64,000 bases of DNA from Lama glama. Lineage: Eukaryota. The DNA lies in contig CM052817.1 of the NCBI GenBank assembly GCA_028534125.1, forward strand, positions 71,550,001 through 71,614,000, given 5' to 3'. Positions 1 to 12,600 of this stretch are shown here, piece by piece; position 1 is the first letter of the stretch, and each line of letters starts with the position of its first letter. The notes beneath the pieces were generated by a model, which saw only the letters and a list, made by a program, of their open reading frames with translations, did not search any database and was not told the DNA's origin. The position numbers and the translations under genes are program-made.

Positions 1-3000
1 AAAACCATGGGAAGTTTTTACCGTGGGAGTGACATAGTGGGATCTGTGACTTAGATAATGCTGACAAGTGAGTGAGGAGACAAGAGGTAGTGAGGGGGGC
101 CTGAAGCAAGTCCAGTGACAACCGACATGAACCAGGAGAAGCAGAACTGAAGGCTGGATCATACAGGCCTTGGTTGTGAATTAGAGGTGAGGAGGGAGAG
201 AAGGTGCTCAGCAGAGTGATGTCCCTGTCCCATGTAGATGACAAAGGAGGTAGAGCAGGCTGGAAGAGGAAGAGGTGTTCAGTTTGTGAAACTGATGGTC
301 TGAGAAGATGGACTCTAAGAATGTGGGATGGAATCAGCCTCAGCCAGAGCAGTGCTTCCGCTCAGGCAAGAATTACCTGGGAAAATCTTTCCCAGCCCCT
401 GGGCCTCTCCATGGACCTGCTAATTCTGAGTCTCTGAGATGAAGCCTGTGCACTTGCATTCTAAGGAAAATCAACTCTCCAGGTGAGTCTGCCCTAAATA
501 CCTGGTTAAGGATCAAGGATATAGCCTGTGCTTCTCAAAGTTCTTACCCCAAACTACCCTCTCGTCTGTAGAAAACAAACTCAGTAATTACAGAGAACTG
601 GAGAAGAACCAAGTACCAACCAAAGCGGTACAATCAAACAGCATCAGCAATCACAAAAAATAAGTTCAAAAAAAGTATTTCTGCAGAAATGAATGCAGGA
701 ACAGTAATTGAAAATCAGCTACAACTCAAGACAACCCTGGTGGTTCAGTGCTGAGTCCTTAAAATTTCCAGAATGTCATGTGCAATAAGAGCTTTGTAAT
801 GTTCCAAAGCACCATGTGGCAGACTTCTTAGCAGAATATTAAATTAGAATTCCCCCCTCCCTCACCATACTTTCTGATATAGACTTGCTCATTTTAATGT
901 GTAAGTGCCAAATTTTAGTAAGCTTTAATACATTTCTTAGTAGTTTTTTAGTAGGTGATATTTAATTGTTCAAAAGCGTAGGAGTCTTAATTTTTTTATT
1001 TTTCAGAAGTGTCCACGAGGATTACCAGTGGGCTGTAGATGCTATTCTAAAAAAGAAAGCCTAGAGAGGACAGAATAGTCATTTTCAGATGTATACAAGA
1101 CAGTCGTGCAGAAGTGAGAATAAATACAGCTGGAGCCAGACCTAGGGCCAGCACAGGACCATAGCTTTCACTTTAATATGTAGAACAGTCTTCAAATAAT
1201 GAGAGCCATCCCAAGTGGAATGGACTAAAAGGAGCTTCTTAAGGAAGTTCCCAGGGTCTGACAAGGGATGACTAAGTAAAGAATAAAGAATTGCTTCACC
1301 CAGTTAGGAGACTAGTCCTAGGGACCACAACACACACAAACCACACATACCCAGCGGTAACCTTCTCCGCAGTCAAGAAAACATAGTTTAAAACACTTGA
1401 TAGCCCACCCAGGTCTCTCCTTCCAGCCCCTGAAACAGAGTAAAAACAAACAATGATGTGAGGCAGAATGATAATCTCCATTTTCTTTTCCTGCTGATTA
1501 GACCCTACAATTCTGAATGTTGAGATGTTCTGAATTCAGAACAACCAGAAACAATATAGCATTAGGGCAACTGAGTCTTTTAAATGTATCTGTCAGTGTG
1601 GAATGTGGACTGTTTTCTGGAGCTACCAATGAATAAAATCATGGATAAAAATGTTATGTCATTTATTTCAGATTCGTTGTGCATTACTCAATTAAGCAGA
1701 TAAATCTATCTTATCATGTAATGAAGTATTTATTATGACAAGCCAATCCTCATCTTATTTATTCTATATTAAGAATTAATTTATTTCAACTTATAATTGA
1801 AAAAATATTAAACATGTGAGGCAGTACATAGTTTTAAAAATTTCTTTCAGGAGGATGTCAGCAAAAAAGTTTGAAGAACACTCCTTTACTCTAGAAAATT
1901 CCATACAAATACCTTTTTTTTTTTTTCTTATAACCTCACAATGTTTCTTGATCTCTTAATCTTCACTTACTCTCATAGTCAGTACTCAGTCTTGCCCTCC
2001 TTTTTGGGGTCATTTTTCACAAGGGCATACCTCTTCATAGATTTCCTACCTACCAGACAGTAAAAGGAAAAAAACAAAAAACAAAAGAACAAACAAAAAA
2101 AACCACTCTTCTGACAAATGAATGCTTCTCAGATTTGACTACAGCAAAATTAAAAAAAAAAAGTTGCTTCATTTTCTAGACCATTGGGTCATTCTCCAAG
2201 TCAAAATTGCTAATGTTAAAACAACAAATTCTAAAGAACTGCAACACTAGGTCTTAAAGGAAAAACATTCTACAGTTGATTGGAGCCCAGTGGGTCAGTA
2301 GATTTATGACTTAGTATTACTAGTTACAGGTTAGCTATAAAACACCTCTAATAGCACAGCATGCTTTACCTGCGTTCCCATCACGAAGAGTGTTGCAAGG
2401 TGCCCAGTGAAATGCCAACTCCAGGCCTGGACACAGAGCTGTTGGTTCGTAACCCCAGGAATTCCTGGGTAAAATGTGAAACTGGCTCCCTTACACGGGA
2501 ACGCAGGTGGAGGCTGAAGAGGCAGCCTCTCCAGGTTGGTAGGTGGCAGGTATAATGAGCAAGGGGACTTACTTATGAGGCTTGTCTTGGCAGCTGCAAG
2601 ACCAGTAGATTTCCACATCCACCCATAGGATATAGTGGCCTTAACAGGTCATGTATACCGTCCAAATGGTCTCAACAACACATCTACTCTCTCGAGGCTG
2701 TGTCCTTGAAATGGCTCTGACTGTAGGAACAGTGGGCAGAAGGTACATTTCAAGGGCAGGAAGATGGGTGAGGAGCCTTGATTGTCTGCGTCCTACTCTC
2801 AGGTCAACTGGGTGGGGGGGCGGTCACAACCTCTTGATGGCCTCCTCCAACAATGGTCAGAGGACTATTTCTAATGCAAATTAGAAACGTAACATGTTCA
2901 ACTTAACGCGTAAGGGAATAGTGACATAAAGTAAGTCTAGACAAAACAATATTAAGTAGCCACTAAAAACTATACTTAGGAAGAGGTCTTAGTGACATGA

Positions 3001-4591
3001 AAAGCATTTATAATGCAAAGAGGGAAGAAAGCAACATGAAAAGTTGTTATGCGATAATAGGTGAATGGAAGTGCCCAGGGCAGTCCCTGGCACAGAATAC
3101 GGAACTCAATCCGTTGTTGATATGCACTGAATACTAATAAATAAATAAGTAAATAAAGTATATAAAAATCTTGGAAATAAGGCTGAAGGAAATGTGGCCT
3201 CTGAATAAGAATTAAATGTGTTTTCTTTCCTGCATCTTTTTTTTAATGTTTTCATTTTTTTTTCTATCATAATAAATATTTACTTTAAAATCAGGAGAAG
3301 GATTTAAAACTAATAAACAAAACAAAAAAGTTCTCTTTAAATTCTTCACATTATAGGAGATGATCTTTATAAACAGAGACAACCCCAACCCACATATACA
3401 TATATATTTGTTTGTTATTGTTGTTGTTTTTCTGTCAATAGCAGGTGGCTATTTACCAGTAGCTACTGAAACCTGCCTGAAGGAAAGCCAGGTTGCAGGC
3501 AGCACTAGGTAGAAACACATGCTCCCAGGGTCTAGACCCAAGCTCAGTGGTCAAAGGTCATGACATGGAGAAGCAGACAGGAAGTATGCTTTATAAGAAA
3601 TGTTCCAAATCTGTGTGTCACAGTTTATTTAAGGAAAACTGAAATCTCTTATGATAGAAGCATTAGTAAAGATGACACGGCTTTTTATAATTATAAAAGT
3701 ATTGACAGACTTTGAACAAGTAATATTCAGAAAACACTAATCCTAATGACCAGAGTGTTTATCTCTTCATAGCACAAGGCTTAGTGTAACAGTAATAGGT
3801 CGTTATTCCTGCCGGAAGAGTTCAGGATATGCTTAATGAAAGATAAAAGACACTGTAAGATTGTAGACTAAAACCACAGGTACCTTACACATTTACAGTG
3901 CTGCCCAGTGTCCAAGTGCATTATTTTACTGACTGAATATTTATTCTTACACAAATGGGGGATGATTTGGGCCTGGGTGACTAAGCTTTAGCCTGGGGCC
4001 AATGTCTTTTTTTTTTGTCCCTACATACAAATGCCAACTTGTTTAACCACACTGCGCCCCTTTTCCTGTTTTGTATACATCAAAGGATGGTTGGGAGGAT
4101 TTAACCATTAACATATATAAAACATTTTAAAAGAATGCCTGCGACCAGTAAACAACTATGTATCAACTATTACTATCATTACTCCAGAATGAAGAAAATC
4201 TACCCTCCCTTCTAAGATCTTTAAATTAAATCTGTGCCAAAAAGTCATAAAACTGAGAGGAAACTACAGACACTGATGTTTAGAGTACCTTATTATTGAG
4301 CTTCCTGCCCTCTGATTGTAATGATACCCACAGCTAGACCAGCTTTTAAATGCTTAAGGCACCCACAGACTTCAAGAGAACACTCACACATTAAAGTTTC
4401 AGGGGCAAACCTTTTCATCAGGCCCTTTTTCCCTACATTGAGCCTCCCAAAACATGATGAAATTCTCAACTTCAAAGCACTCAATTCCACTAAACTCACT
4501 TCACCTGAAAAAGTGAATTACCCCACTGGGAGTGGGCCTAGTGTCTTAAAAACTTTTACATGGTGTTAATGCTACCTTTATAAATAAAAGG

Positions 4592-4623
4592 AGCTGGGCA
4601 GCTGGGCAGCTGGGCAGCTGGGC
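4592..4623 (+). repeat. (AGCTGGGC)4 tandem repeat
   Basis: Four perfect 8-bp units. Confidence 0.95.
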
Positions 4624-7600
4624 CTAAAGATAGGAAAACTTGAGGGTTTCACTTATTATTACCCACATTGAAGATTTTCAAAAAAATTACTAATAATTGG
4701 AGGTAAATCCAAGTACTAAATGTTCAAATTTTGCAGTTTTAAGATACTAAAATCTTATTACTGAACTAGTTTTAAAAAAATTGATGAAACAGTTCATTCA
4801 GTTAGGGCCTACTTTGCACAGAATTTTAGAAAAGTACATTTGGTTCAGCAAGATGCTTCTTGAACAGCAGGAAATACACAAAAAATGATCTTTAAGGTGG
4901 TATCAGTTTTCATTTATTAAAAAAGTCACTTTAACATGTTTATGTATATATATGTGTATGTATTTATATATATATAAATATATACTTTTCTAAGTGAATG
5001 CCTGTACTCTAACAAAGATAAACGATAGATATACATTTCATTGATTTTTTTTCCAGTCTTCAAAGAATGATCATGTATACCGCCCATTAAGTGTTAACAA
5101 ATAGTCAATTCAAAAATTCAGCCTCAGAATTCAAAGGTTCATTAAAAAACAAAACAAAACAAATAAAACAAGCAAAAAAACAAGTCCAAGGATGAGTATC
5201 AATAAAATTAAGGGTTGAGCTAAAATATCTGAAATTTATCTTTAAGAAAATTAAGTTATACTTATTTCACTTAATATATGCGATTACGAACTTGCTTAAA
5301 AACAGTAGGGGTACCCCTCTCTATAATACAGTATACTAGATGTTCTCATTATATTACAATCAGGGACGCAAAAAAGCTTTAGAAAGAAAAAACCTAAAAT
5401 ATGAAATCCTGAAGGAAGTAGAATAAAAGTATTAGAAAACTATATGAGTATCCAACAAAATTACTTCTAATCAGCATGTCTATTTATCTCAGCAAAGATA
5501 AGTGTAAATCGTTTTCACCTGTACATTACTTTGTGCAGACAGGCTTAAAGTTAAATTTTTAGAAGTTCATAGAGGGTGACTGACCAAACAAAAGGGTTCC
5601 TAAAAATACTTGTCATTCCAATATGCTAAGATAACCTTGAAACTCACAACAGTGCAAACTGACTATACTTCAATTTTTTAAAAAAAGGAAAAAAAAAGAA
5701 TCTTTAAACTAAAAATCATGAGTGCTCAGTACAGAAATGAATCATGATAAAATCATAAGCTTGAACTGAGATGTCTTACTAGGATCTGTACTTTAGGATG
5801 GTTTTTGCTCAATGAACTTCAAATTACAAATTCATTTTTGACTCTAGGGCAATAGTTTTTTTTTTTTAAACAAGATTAATCTACCTCTAAAATGAAATTA
5901 TTGTCAAGTTAAATCTAATTAAGGATGCTTTTTTTTTAAGTTCTGAGTAACTATGCCAACAGTACACATCTGTACTTGCCTGGATACACACATGATCAGA
6001 ATACAGATAAAGGAATGAAGTTACAAGACTTTAACCTTTCAATAAAGCCATGTTATATTTTTATTCCAATTTCTTTGGGTTATCAATAGAAATAATGTGG
6101 TATAGGTTAATTTTTCTAGGCAAACTTTCCTAGGTAAATGCTTGTGCTCTTGTAACAAAGATAAATGGAAAGTAAAAGGAGAAGATGGATTTGAAGCCAA
6201 GGACCAGAAAACAAAGAATAAAGGAAGAAAGCTAAAGCAAATTTTGTGGACTGTTGTCTGATTTCTATTAATAAAGGACAGCCAGTTCACCTGTGTCCAG
6301 AAATGAAAAATTCAGTGAATCATTGCAACAATTTTTGGATAACTCATCTCAGAAAAAAACTAGAACTGAAATACCCAGGTCACTGGAGCAAAGATGAATT
6401 CTTGATTTGCCTGAATAGTCCTTCACTGTACTTCATTTGCTAAAGACCGACTAGATGGTTATTCTATGCCCTCCTAAGTATTTCTAAGTCTCCATCCCTC
6501 TCACAGCTTTTCTACTGTCTAAACCGAAAGATTCTTCTTTCAAGGAAGTATGCAGAGTAACTCTTAGATCTGGAGTGGGTTGACTTTGGAGTTAAATTCC
6601 GAAGTAATTCTGACAGAATTATTATCATCTAACATCAAAAGCAACAAGGAGTCTTTTCTAGACCATAACATTCAACTTCCAATTTAACAAAAGGCCTATG
6701 TAAACATTTTACCATCATATGTATGCTGTCTATTACAAATGCAAATATCGAGATGTATAATCATAAAATAATCTTGCATTCTCCCTGGAAATCCTAAAAA
6801 CTAAAGGCTGCATGAATACACATCATTTTTTAAAAGCTACATAAAAGTTCAGGTTAAAGTTCCCACACATTTCATTATTTTCTACGATCATAACATAGAT
6901 CAGTTTTCTTCTGTACACATTTTCTCAGTGTTCTCACTCTTAACCTAGTACGTAACAGGCCAACATCTCAGCAGTTTCTAAGGTTTATTGAATGAAACAT
7001 TAAGTTCCTCACACTCAGGATTTTCAGTCTTAAGGCTAATATGAATTGTGATTCTCTAAAATAAGTGGCAAGCAACATACTGAGCACACTGTGGACACAG
7101 TAGTTTCCTAGACGGCTGACCAAATTTGCATTTGCTGTAGTGTCACTGATAAAAGGAGACTCTGGCCTTTTCTGTTTCATGACCTCAGACTGCACTATTT
7201 TTCTTATAAAAGTATACAACAGGTCACAGGGAGGATTTCAGAGATCAATGCAAAGCCACTGTCACTACAGGAAAAACAACAGCCTGCATTCTGAAGTTCG
7301 ATAGACATTATGATGCTATATTTTGAGTAAAAAAACTAACACAGGCTTATAATACTTTTATATTCTTTATTACTGAAATTGTACGTTACTTTCTAAACCT
7401 CACATATAAGAAAGAACATAAAGATGTACAATCCCTTTTAAATACTGTTTCTTTTAAATTTTGTCCTTCATAAAAACAAATCTGTGGATAAAACATTTCC
7501 TGATCCAGACAGTATTTAATTCTGAAAATGCCTACACTATCTTATAGACCCAAAATACAGAACAAAAATATAAAAACAATAAAACCCTTATAACTATCAC

Positions 7601-7669
7601 CACAGCGGGGGGGGGGGGAGAAAGTCAGAAAAACATACAAAAAACTGAAAGACTGGACATGGAGGAGGC

Positions 7670-7925
7670 CAGAGGGGAGCGGGGGAGGGTTTCCTGAGGT
7701 TCTAGGCAAGCCCTGTGATGACATCACCTCACAGGCCTCCTGTTTTCTCATTGGTGAGCACCGTGTCAGCCGACATCAGAAGATAATCACCATTGGCCAG
7801 ACAATTACAAATGGAGCAGCTAGCATCCAGCACTGCTAGCAGAGCCAGCAGGCTGCTGAGAGAGAACGCAGAGCCCAGCTGCCCTTCTCACTCAATGAAT
7901 TTTATGTCACCTTACCAATCACTAG
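7670..7925. promoter_or_regulatory. Candidate intronic SREBP/NF-Y/Sp1 enhancer
   Basis: G-rich box 7674-7690, ATCACCTCAC 7723-7732, ATTGG 7750-7754 and 7792-7796, GTCACCTTAC 7906-7915 abutting CCAAT 7915-7919. Confidence 0.5.
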
Positions 7926-9619
7926 GCGATTTTGCTCCCTTGCTAGCAGCCCTTGTAAGTCAGCTCTTAGTGAAAATAACAGGTAAAGGCCAGATGTCTC
8001 ATAAAAGAACAAAATGCCTCTCTTTTCAACGCTGTAAAATCACAAGGGCTTTTTAGTGTAAAATCAGAACTCAAAAATGCTATTGAGCTAAAAGCAGGCA
8101 TTTTCCTCTGCCTCATGCAACACACTCTCATGTACCAGACAGTATTACTCAGGATATTTTTAACTTGACATATAGTTTCAAGATGTGGCTCAGGAGGATC
8201 CTCCAAGGCACAATATTTATTACTTGGCATTTCTGTAGCTTTGCTGATCTGTTATATACGAAACTATTTGCTAGAAAAGTAAAAAGGTCTGTGGAATTTA
8301 TCTCGTGTCTGTAACAATGAATACAGGGTTAATTACTCTTTAGACAGCAATAAACTTGATAAACTTGCCTCAGTTGAACCCTTTATAGAATTTATACAAA
8401 CACCACTCCAAAAAGGGGGCCCCTTTACATTAATATGGAATAAGGTAATGAATATGGATTATAGGGTAAGTTTAGTAAAGGTCCTCTTAAATGATACTCA
8501 AAAAGTAGTGCAGACAGCATACTGACAAAACAGCACTCCTAGCCTTCCTCACAATCCTTCAAAAGACAGTGGGTGTAGCTCATTTTTGAGACATAAGTTA
8601 TAATTCTCTAAATGGAGTTTCATTTGAGGCTATGTATATAGATTTTTAAGAACAACTGAAAATGATTTGTCAAAAAACAGAGAAGCTTCCCAACATTGTG
8701 TTTTTCCTCCAGAAGCTATTTCAAGCCATTTTAAGTTAATGAGTCTCGGAAAGGCAAGACCCTGTATTTCCTAAACTTCCCCTGCCCCCAAGAGGGTATA
8801 AGCCTTGGTATGGAGCCCCTTCTCCTGTTAACAAGGGAAATGAAAAGGAAATCTTCATTTTCTTATACACCGGGCTCAAGACTTTGTATTATCGGGAGTT
8901 TGGGGGAGGAGGTTTATAAAACTGGGCCCCAAGGATATTGGGAGAAGTGCATACACTCTGGAGTAAAGGAAGAAAGCAAGACAATTAGGGTCCGGAAGAC
9001 CTGCAAGGAAAGGGTAACAGCAGGGTTTTGTGCTGCAGTAGGTAAGCCATGAAGAACAAACAACAAAAGAGAAAAGGCCAGGAAGGGGAAACTCTAGTAT
9101 GTGACTATGACATAGCATTCAAAATGCAGAAGGAAGCCAAGTAAGTTAAGCTTCAGGTATTAACAGGTAGGACTGGCAATAAAATGGGCACCCATTGTCA
9201 CTTTAGCTCACTAGATAAGCATTTTCCCCAGCATCTGCCATGTACAAAGCATCCTTCAAGATGCTCTACATAATCATAGTGGAATGAGACAAGAACCATG
9301 CCCTGAGAGATGATGGTCTGGTAAGAGGCACAGACATATAGGTAAATATTCATGTATATGAATAAAAGCCAGGAAAGATATTGCCAGACGTAAGGTTCAG
9401 ATAAAGAGCCAGAAGGAAACAGTGGTAGAGCCCAATAGGCAAAGATAAATTGGCGCATTTTCCCCATTTTCAGTCCCCAGAGGGCTAGGCCCTGTTTGAT
9501 TCAGTGTGTACTTGCTGAGTGAATGGGGAAGAGGCGGGAAAATGGTACCTGGAAGTGGAGGAGGCACAGAAAGTAGCCTCAGAGAAAAGGCAACAAGTGA
9601 TTAAGAGGCAGTACCAAGC

Positions 9620-10720
9620 GCAACGGTGCAAGAGAGGGCTGGCCGACAGTGAACGCGGGCAGCCCGCGGGAGGGGAAGCCGGCTCTAGAGAGGCAGGTTC
9701 GACAAGGATGCAGCCAGTTGGAGACACGGCAGACGTCAGAGAACACAGAGCACACTAGGCCACCGGGGGTGGGAAGATGGGCCCGAGCTGCGCGGCAAGG
9801 AAATAGGACAAACAGCTGCAGAGAAGACCCGGGCCCTCGGCTGGCCCGCCGCCACTGGCCACCGCCCCCACCCCGCCTTCAGCGCCACCCCCTAAGCGGG
9901 AAGAGGAAGTGCATCTGGAGAAGGTCCCCAAGCGGTGGAGCCCGAGGGGGCTCTGCTTCCCCGGAACGCCAAGGCCTTTCAATGTCTAAACTCCTACGGG
10001 ATCGAGCTTCCCAGTGCACAATCATCTTCCGAACCCACCCTTGGCCCTTTCGGCCTCGGCGGCCCGGGAAGGACCCCAGCCCTATCTCCGTCTGCTGCCG
10101 CACTTCCTAGTCTTCCGAGCGGATCGCGTTCCCCTCCTGGCTTCCGGCTCCGACCCTCCGCCACACTCTGGCCCCCGCGCCCTCAGAAGCCCCCAGCCAA
10201 GCCGCAGCGAGTGTGACCGAGCGGGGCCGGCTGCGCTCCCCCACCAACAGGCCGGGCCCAGCCGGCGGGCACGGCGCAGGGGGCGGGCTCCGCCCGGCTG
10301 CAGCCGCAAATGACCAGCTGGTCCAGGGCAGACCGGCCGGGAGGGAGGAGGGGGGAGCGGTAGCCGAGCCTCCCGAGACCAGTCGGGACTCCTGGGGGCT
10401 GGAGAAAAAGAAGTTGAACCCCTCTTCCCCGACTCCTGCCCGCAGCAACCCCCTCCTATTGCACCCACCCGCCCCAGCCCGCGGCGTGCCGGCGTCTCGG
10501 GTTTCCCATTGATGAGGTGGGAGGAGGAAGGCAGGTCGTGAGGGCGCCGGAGCACGCGCTCGTGCACGCTGCGGGCAGGATCCCCCAGCTCCCGGGAGCC
10601 CTCTCGGCCCGACCCTCCCATCCGGCACCTGGGAGGCTGCCGGCTGCTGCCCGGTTCGGGGGGTGCGTGGGGTTCGCTCTTTACCAATCGCCAGACCCAG
10701 GGTTAAGGGGAGGAAGAGAA
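9620..10720. promoter_or_regulatory. Intronic CpG island segment
   Basis: Very GC/CpG-rich, with GC boxes (GGGGGCGGGCTCCGCCC near 10280) and ETS-type GGAAGT cores. Confidence 0.85.
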
Positions 10721-11688
10721 TGTCTGCCACAGCAGCTCTGTCTACAAGAAACAAGCGAGATGAGCACACACACCCTCCCCTGTTAAATATTGCAAGGTGA
10801 CACAGGATCGCTTCCCACACTGGGATTTTCAAAAGGACTGGCGGAGGGTACACGGTAAACAAGAAAGATGCGTTCCTGGATTAGAAGTTTGGGGAAGAGC
10901 CCCCAAGGACTCTGCGAACCGAGGGGTTTTTAATCAGTGTATCAACTCCAGTCAGCAGCTTCCTACTAAATTAGAACGGAGTGTGGCCAAAAGGCGTTTC
11001 CGTGAAACAAACTTAATAATGGCGTGGCTCCGCTCGCTCGGGTTCATTCATTTTTATCACTGTTTTCATTGTCCCCTCCTCCCCCACCCCCCGCCCCTGT
11101 CTCTTAATGAAACCGGAAAGAGATCCGCGTGGGGAAAGAGGTCCAGGAAAGGAGGAATCCGGCTGGGGAGCAGAAAAGAGGAGGGCAGTGAAGTTGGAGA
11201 GCTGCAAGGAGAAAGGAAGGACACGAGGGATGGGAAGAGGGCGAGGACCAGAGAGCCGAGGACGGCGGACGGGAGAGGGTTAAAGGGAGCAGGAGGCCGG
11301 GTCCTCCCTCCACTGCCTTCCACACTCTGCTTGCAGGAGGCCAAGCAAGAAAAGCCAAATCTAGAGGGAAACCAGGAGTAGCACAGGTAGGGGCTGTGAC
11401 ATCTCTCCCGCCTTCCCTGCCGCGCGACATCTACTCTATGTACACATATATGTTCTATGTTATATAATCTATGTTAAAGATGCATGTATAGCCACGGTTC
11501 ACACAGGGGCACCCACAGACCCACGCGCTTCATGCAGCCTCAGTGTCTCCTGAACCCGGGAGACCCGCTCGCTGCTGCCCGCGATTCCTCGCTCCACTCA
11601 CTCCCCAGAAAGGGAGTACCGACATTAAGGCATACCAGGAAGACGCGCAGGGCTCCCAGGAATAGTATCACGCGAAAGCATCACCTAC

Positions 11689-11777
11689 CAGTTTTCCTGC
11701 ATCCATTGGATGGCTTCACTCTCGTTGAACTGCTTTTCGAATTCATATTCTTGTAAAGTCAACACTGACATGTTCAT
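11689..11777 (-). CDS. ELOVL6: ELOVL fatty acid elongase 6, first coding exon (89 nt, codons 1-30, phase-2 end)
   Basis: Minus strand reads ATG AAC ATG TCA GTG TTG ACT TTA CAA GAA TAT GAA TTC GAA AAG CAG TTC AAC GAG AGT GAA GCC ATC CAA TGG ATG CAG GAA AAC TG|gtaggt = [30 protein letters not shown], matching the mammalian ELOVL6 N-terminus. GT donor at 11688-11687. Confidence 0.97.
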
Positions 11778-12060
11778 TGGGACTGATCTTCGGAATCGCT
11801 ACGTGTTCTCTACACAAAATAAAATTACCTGTAAAGCGCTTGATTTCAAGTGCTCTCCTGTATGATTCCCCCACCCACCCCCCTAGGTCTTTCCCTCGCT
11901 GCTTGGTCTCCGGCAATCGGTCTCTCCCAGCCTCTCTTAGCTACATTGAGGGTTGAGCATTGCCTGTGCCTCCGCGCCCGGCTCCTCGCTCTGGGACTCT
12001 CCTCCTCCCGGCGTCCGCATCCACCGTAGGAGGAAATGAATGCCTTGCGGTCTTAGTGCC
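11778..12060 (-). other. ELOVL6: ELOVL6 5' UTR of the proximal transcript, with a candidate 154-nt GC-AG intron at 11810-11963
   Basis: Minus strand ACTAAGACCGCAAGGCATTCATTTCCTCCTACGG...GAAGATCAGTCCCA-ATG resembles the human ELOVL6 5'UTR as I recall it. CAG|gcaatg donor and ttttattttgtgtag|AGAAC acceptor are visible. TSS position approximate. Confidence 0.7.
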
Positions 12061-12489
12061 CGCACGTTTGTCCATCACCCTTTTTACTTGTCTACAGGGA
12101 AATCTCCTCCCCCTCGTGCGATCTGACAAATTAACCCTTTGCGAGGAAGAGCAAGAGAAACCGAGACCTCCCTAGCCCTGGGGGCCGTTTTGTTTACGCG
12201 AAGGTGACTAGGGGAGTGGAGGAAGGGCGCGGAAAGGGAGGAAGTGGCCTCGAGATCATCTGCATCCCTCAATCCCGACCTCGTGGGCCGCCCAGCCTGG
12301 CCTTTGAAGTTTCGGCGTACAGAGTGCAGCCCCAAAGCGCGTGGACCTGAGAGCTTGGCAAGTAGACCATAAATAGTAAAACCTGACAGCGCTTTGGCAG
12401 GAAGTCCAGGCAAATTTGCATAGAAATCCCACGTGAAAGGAACGCACTTCCTACCTCCTCGCCCCAGCCGTACCCTCCGGGTCACTTAC

Positions 12490-12600
12490 CTCAGGGCTTC
12501 GGCTTTGACTTAAGTCAACCTGGGGCCTGCCGGCCCGCAGAGCTCCCCAGTCACGTGCCAGCTGGAGCTGCGGAGGAGGAGGCGGGTGGACAGTCCAGAT
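12490..12600 (-). other. ELOVL6: Candidate upstream non-coding first exon of ELOVL6
   Basis: Near-consensus donor GAG|gtaagt at 12490/12489, at the distal edge of the CpG island. The 5' boundary is a guess. Confidence 0.5.

Larger units (their letters stand above)
1..11688 (-). other. ELOVL6: ELOVL6 intron following the first coding exon (continues beyond window start)
   Basis: Begins at the gtaggt donor. The next coding exon (expected KKSFLFSALY...) was not found in 1-11688, consistent with the known very long intron. Confidence 0.85.

Noticed and set aside
9485..11430. Long overlapping ORFs (up to 251 aa) in the CpG island
   Set aside because: Pro/Arg/Gly/Ala-rich, present in many frames on both strands, no recognisable domain; expected from stop-poor GC-rich DNA.
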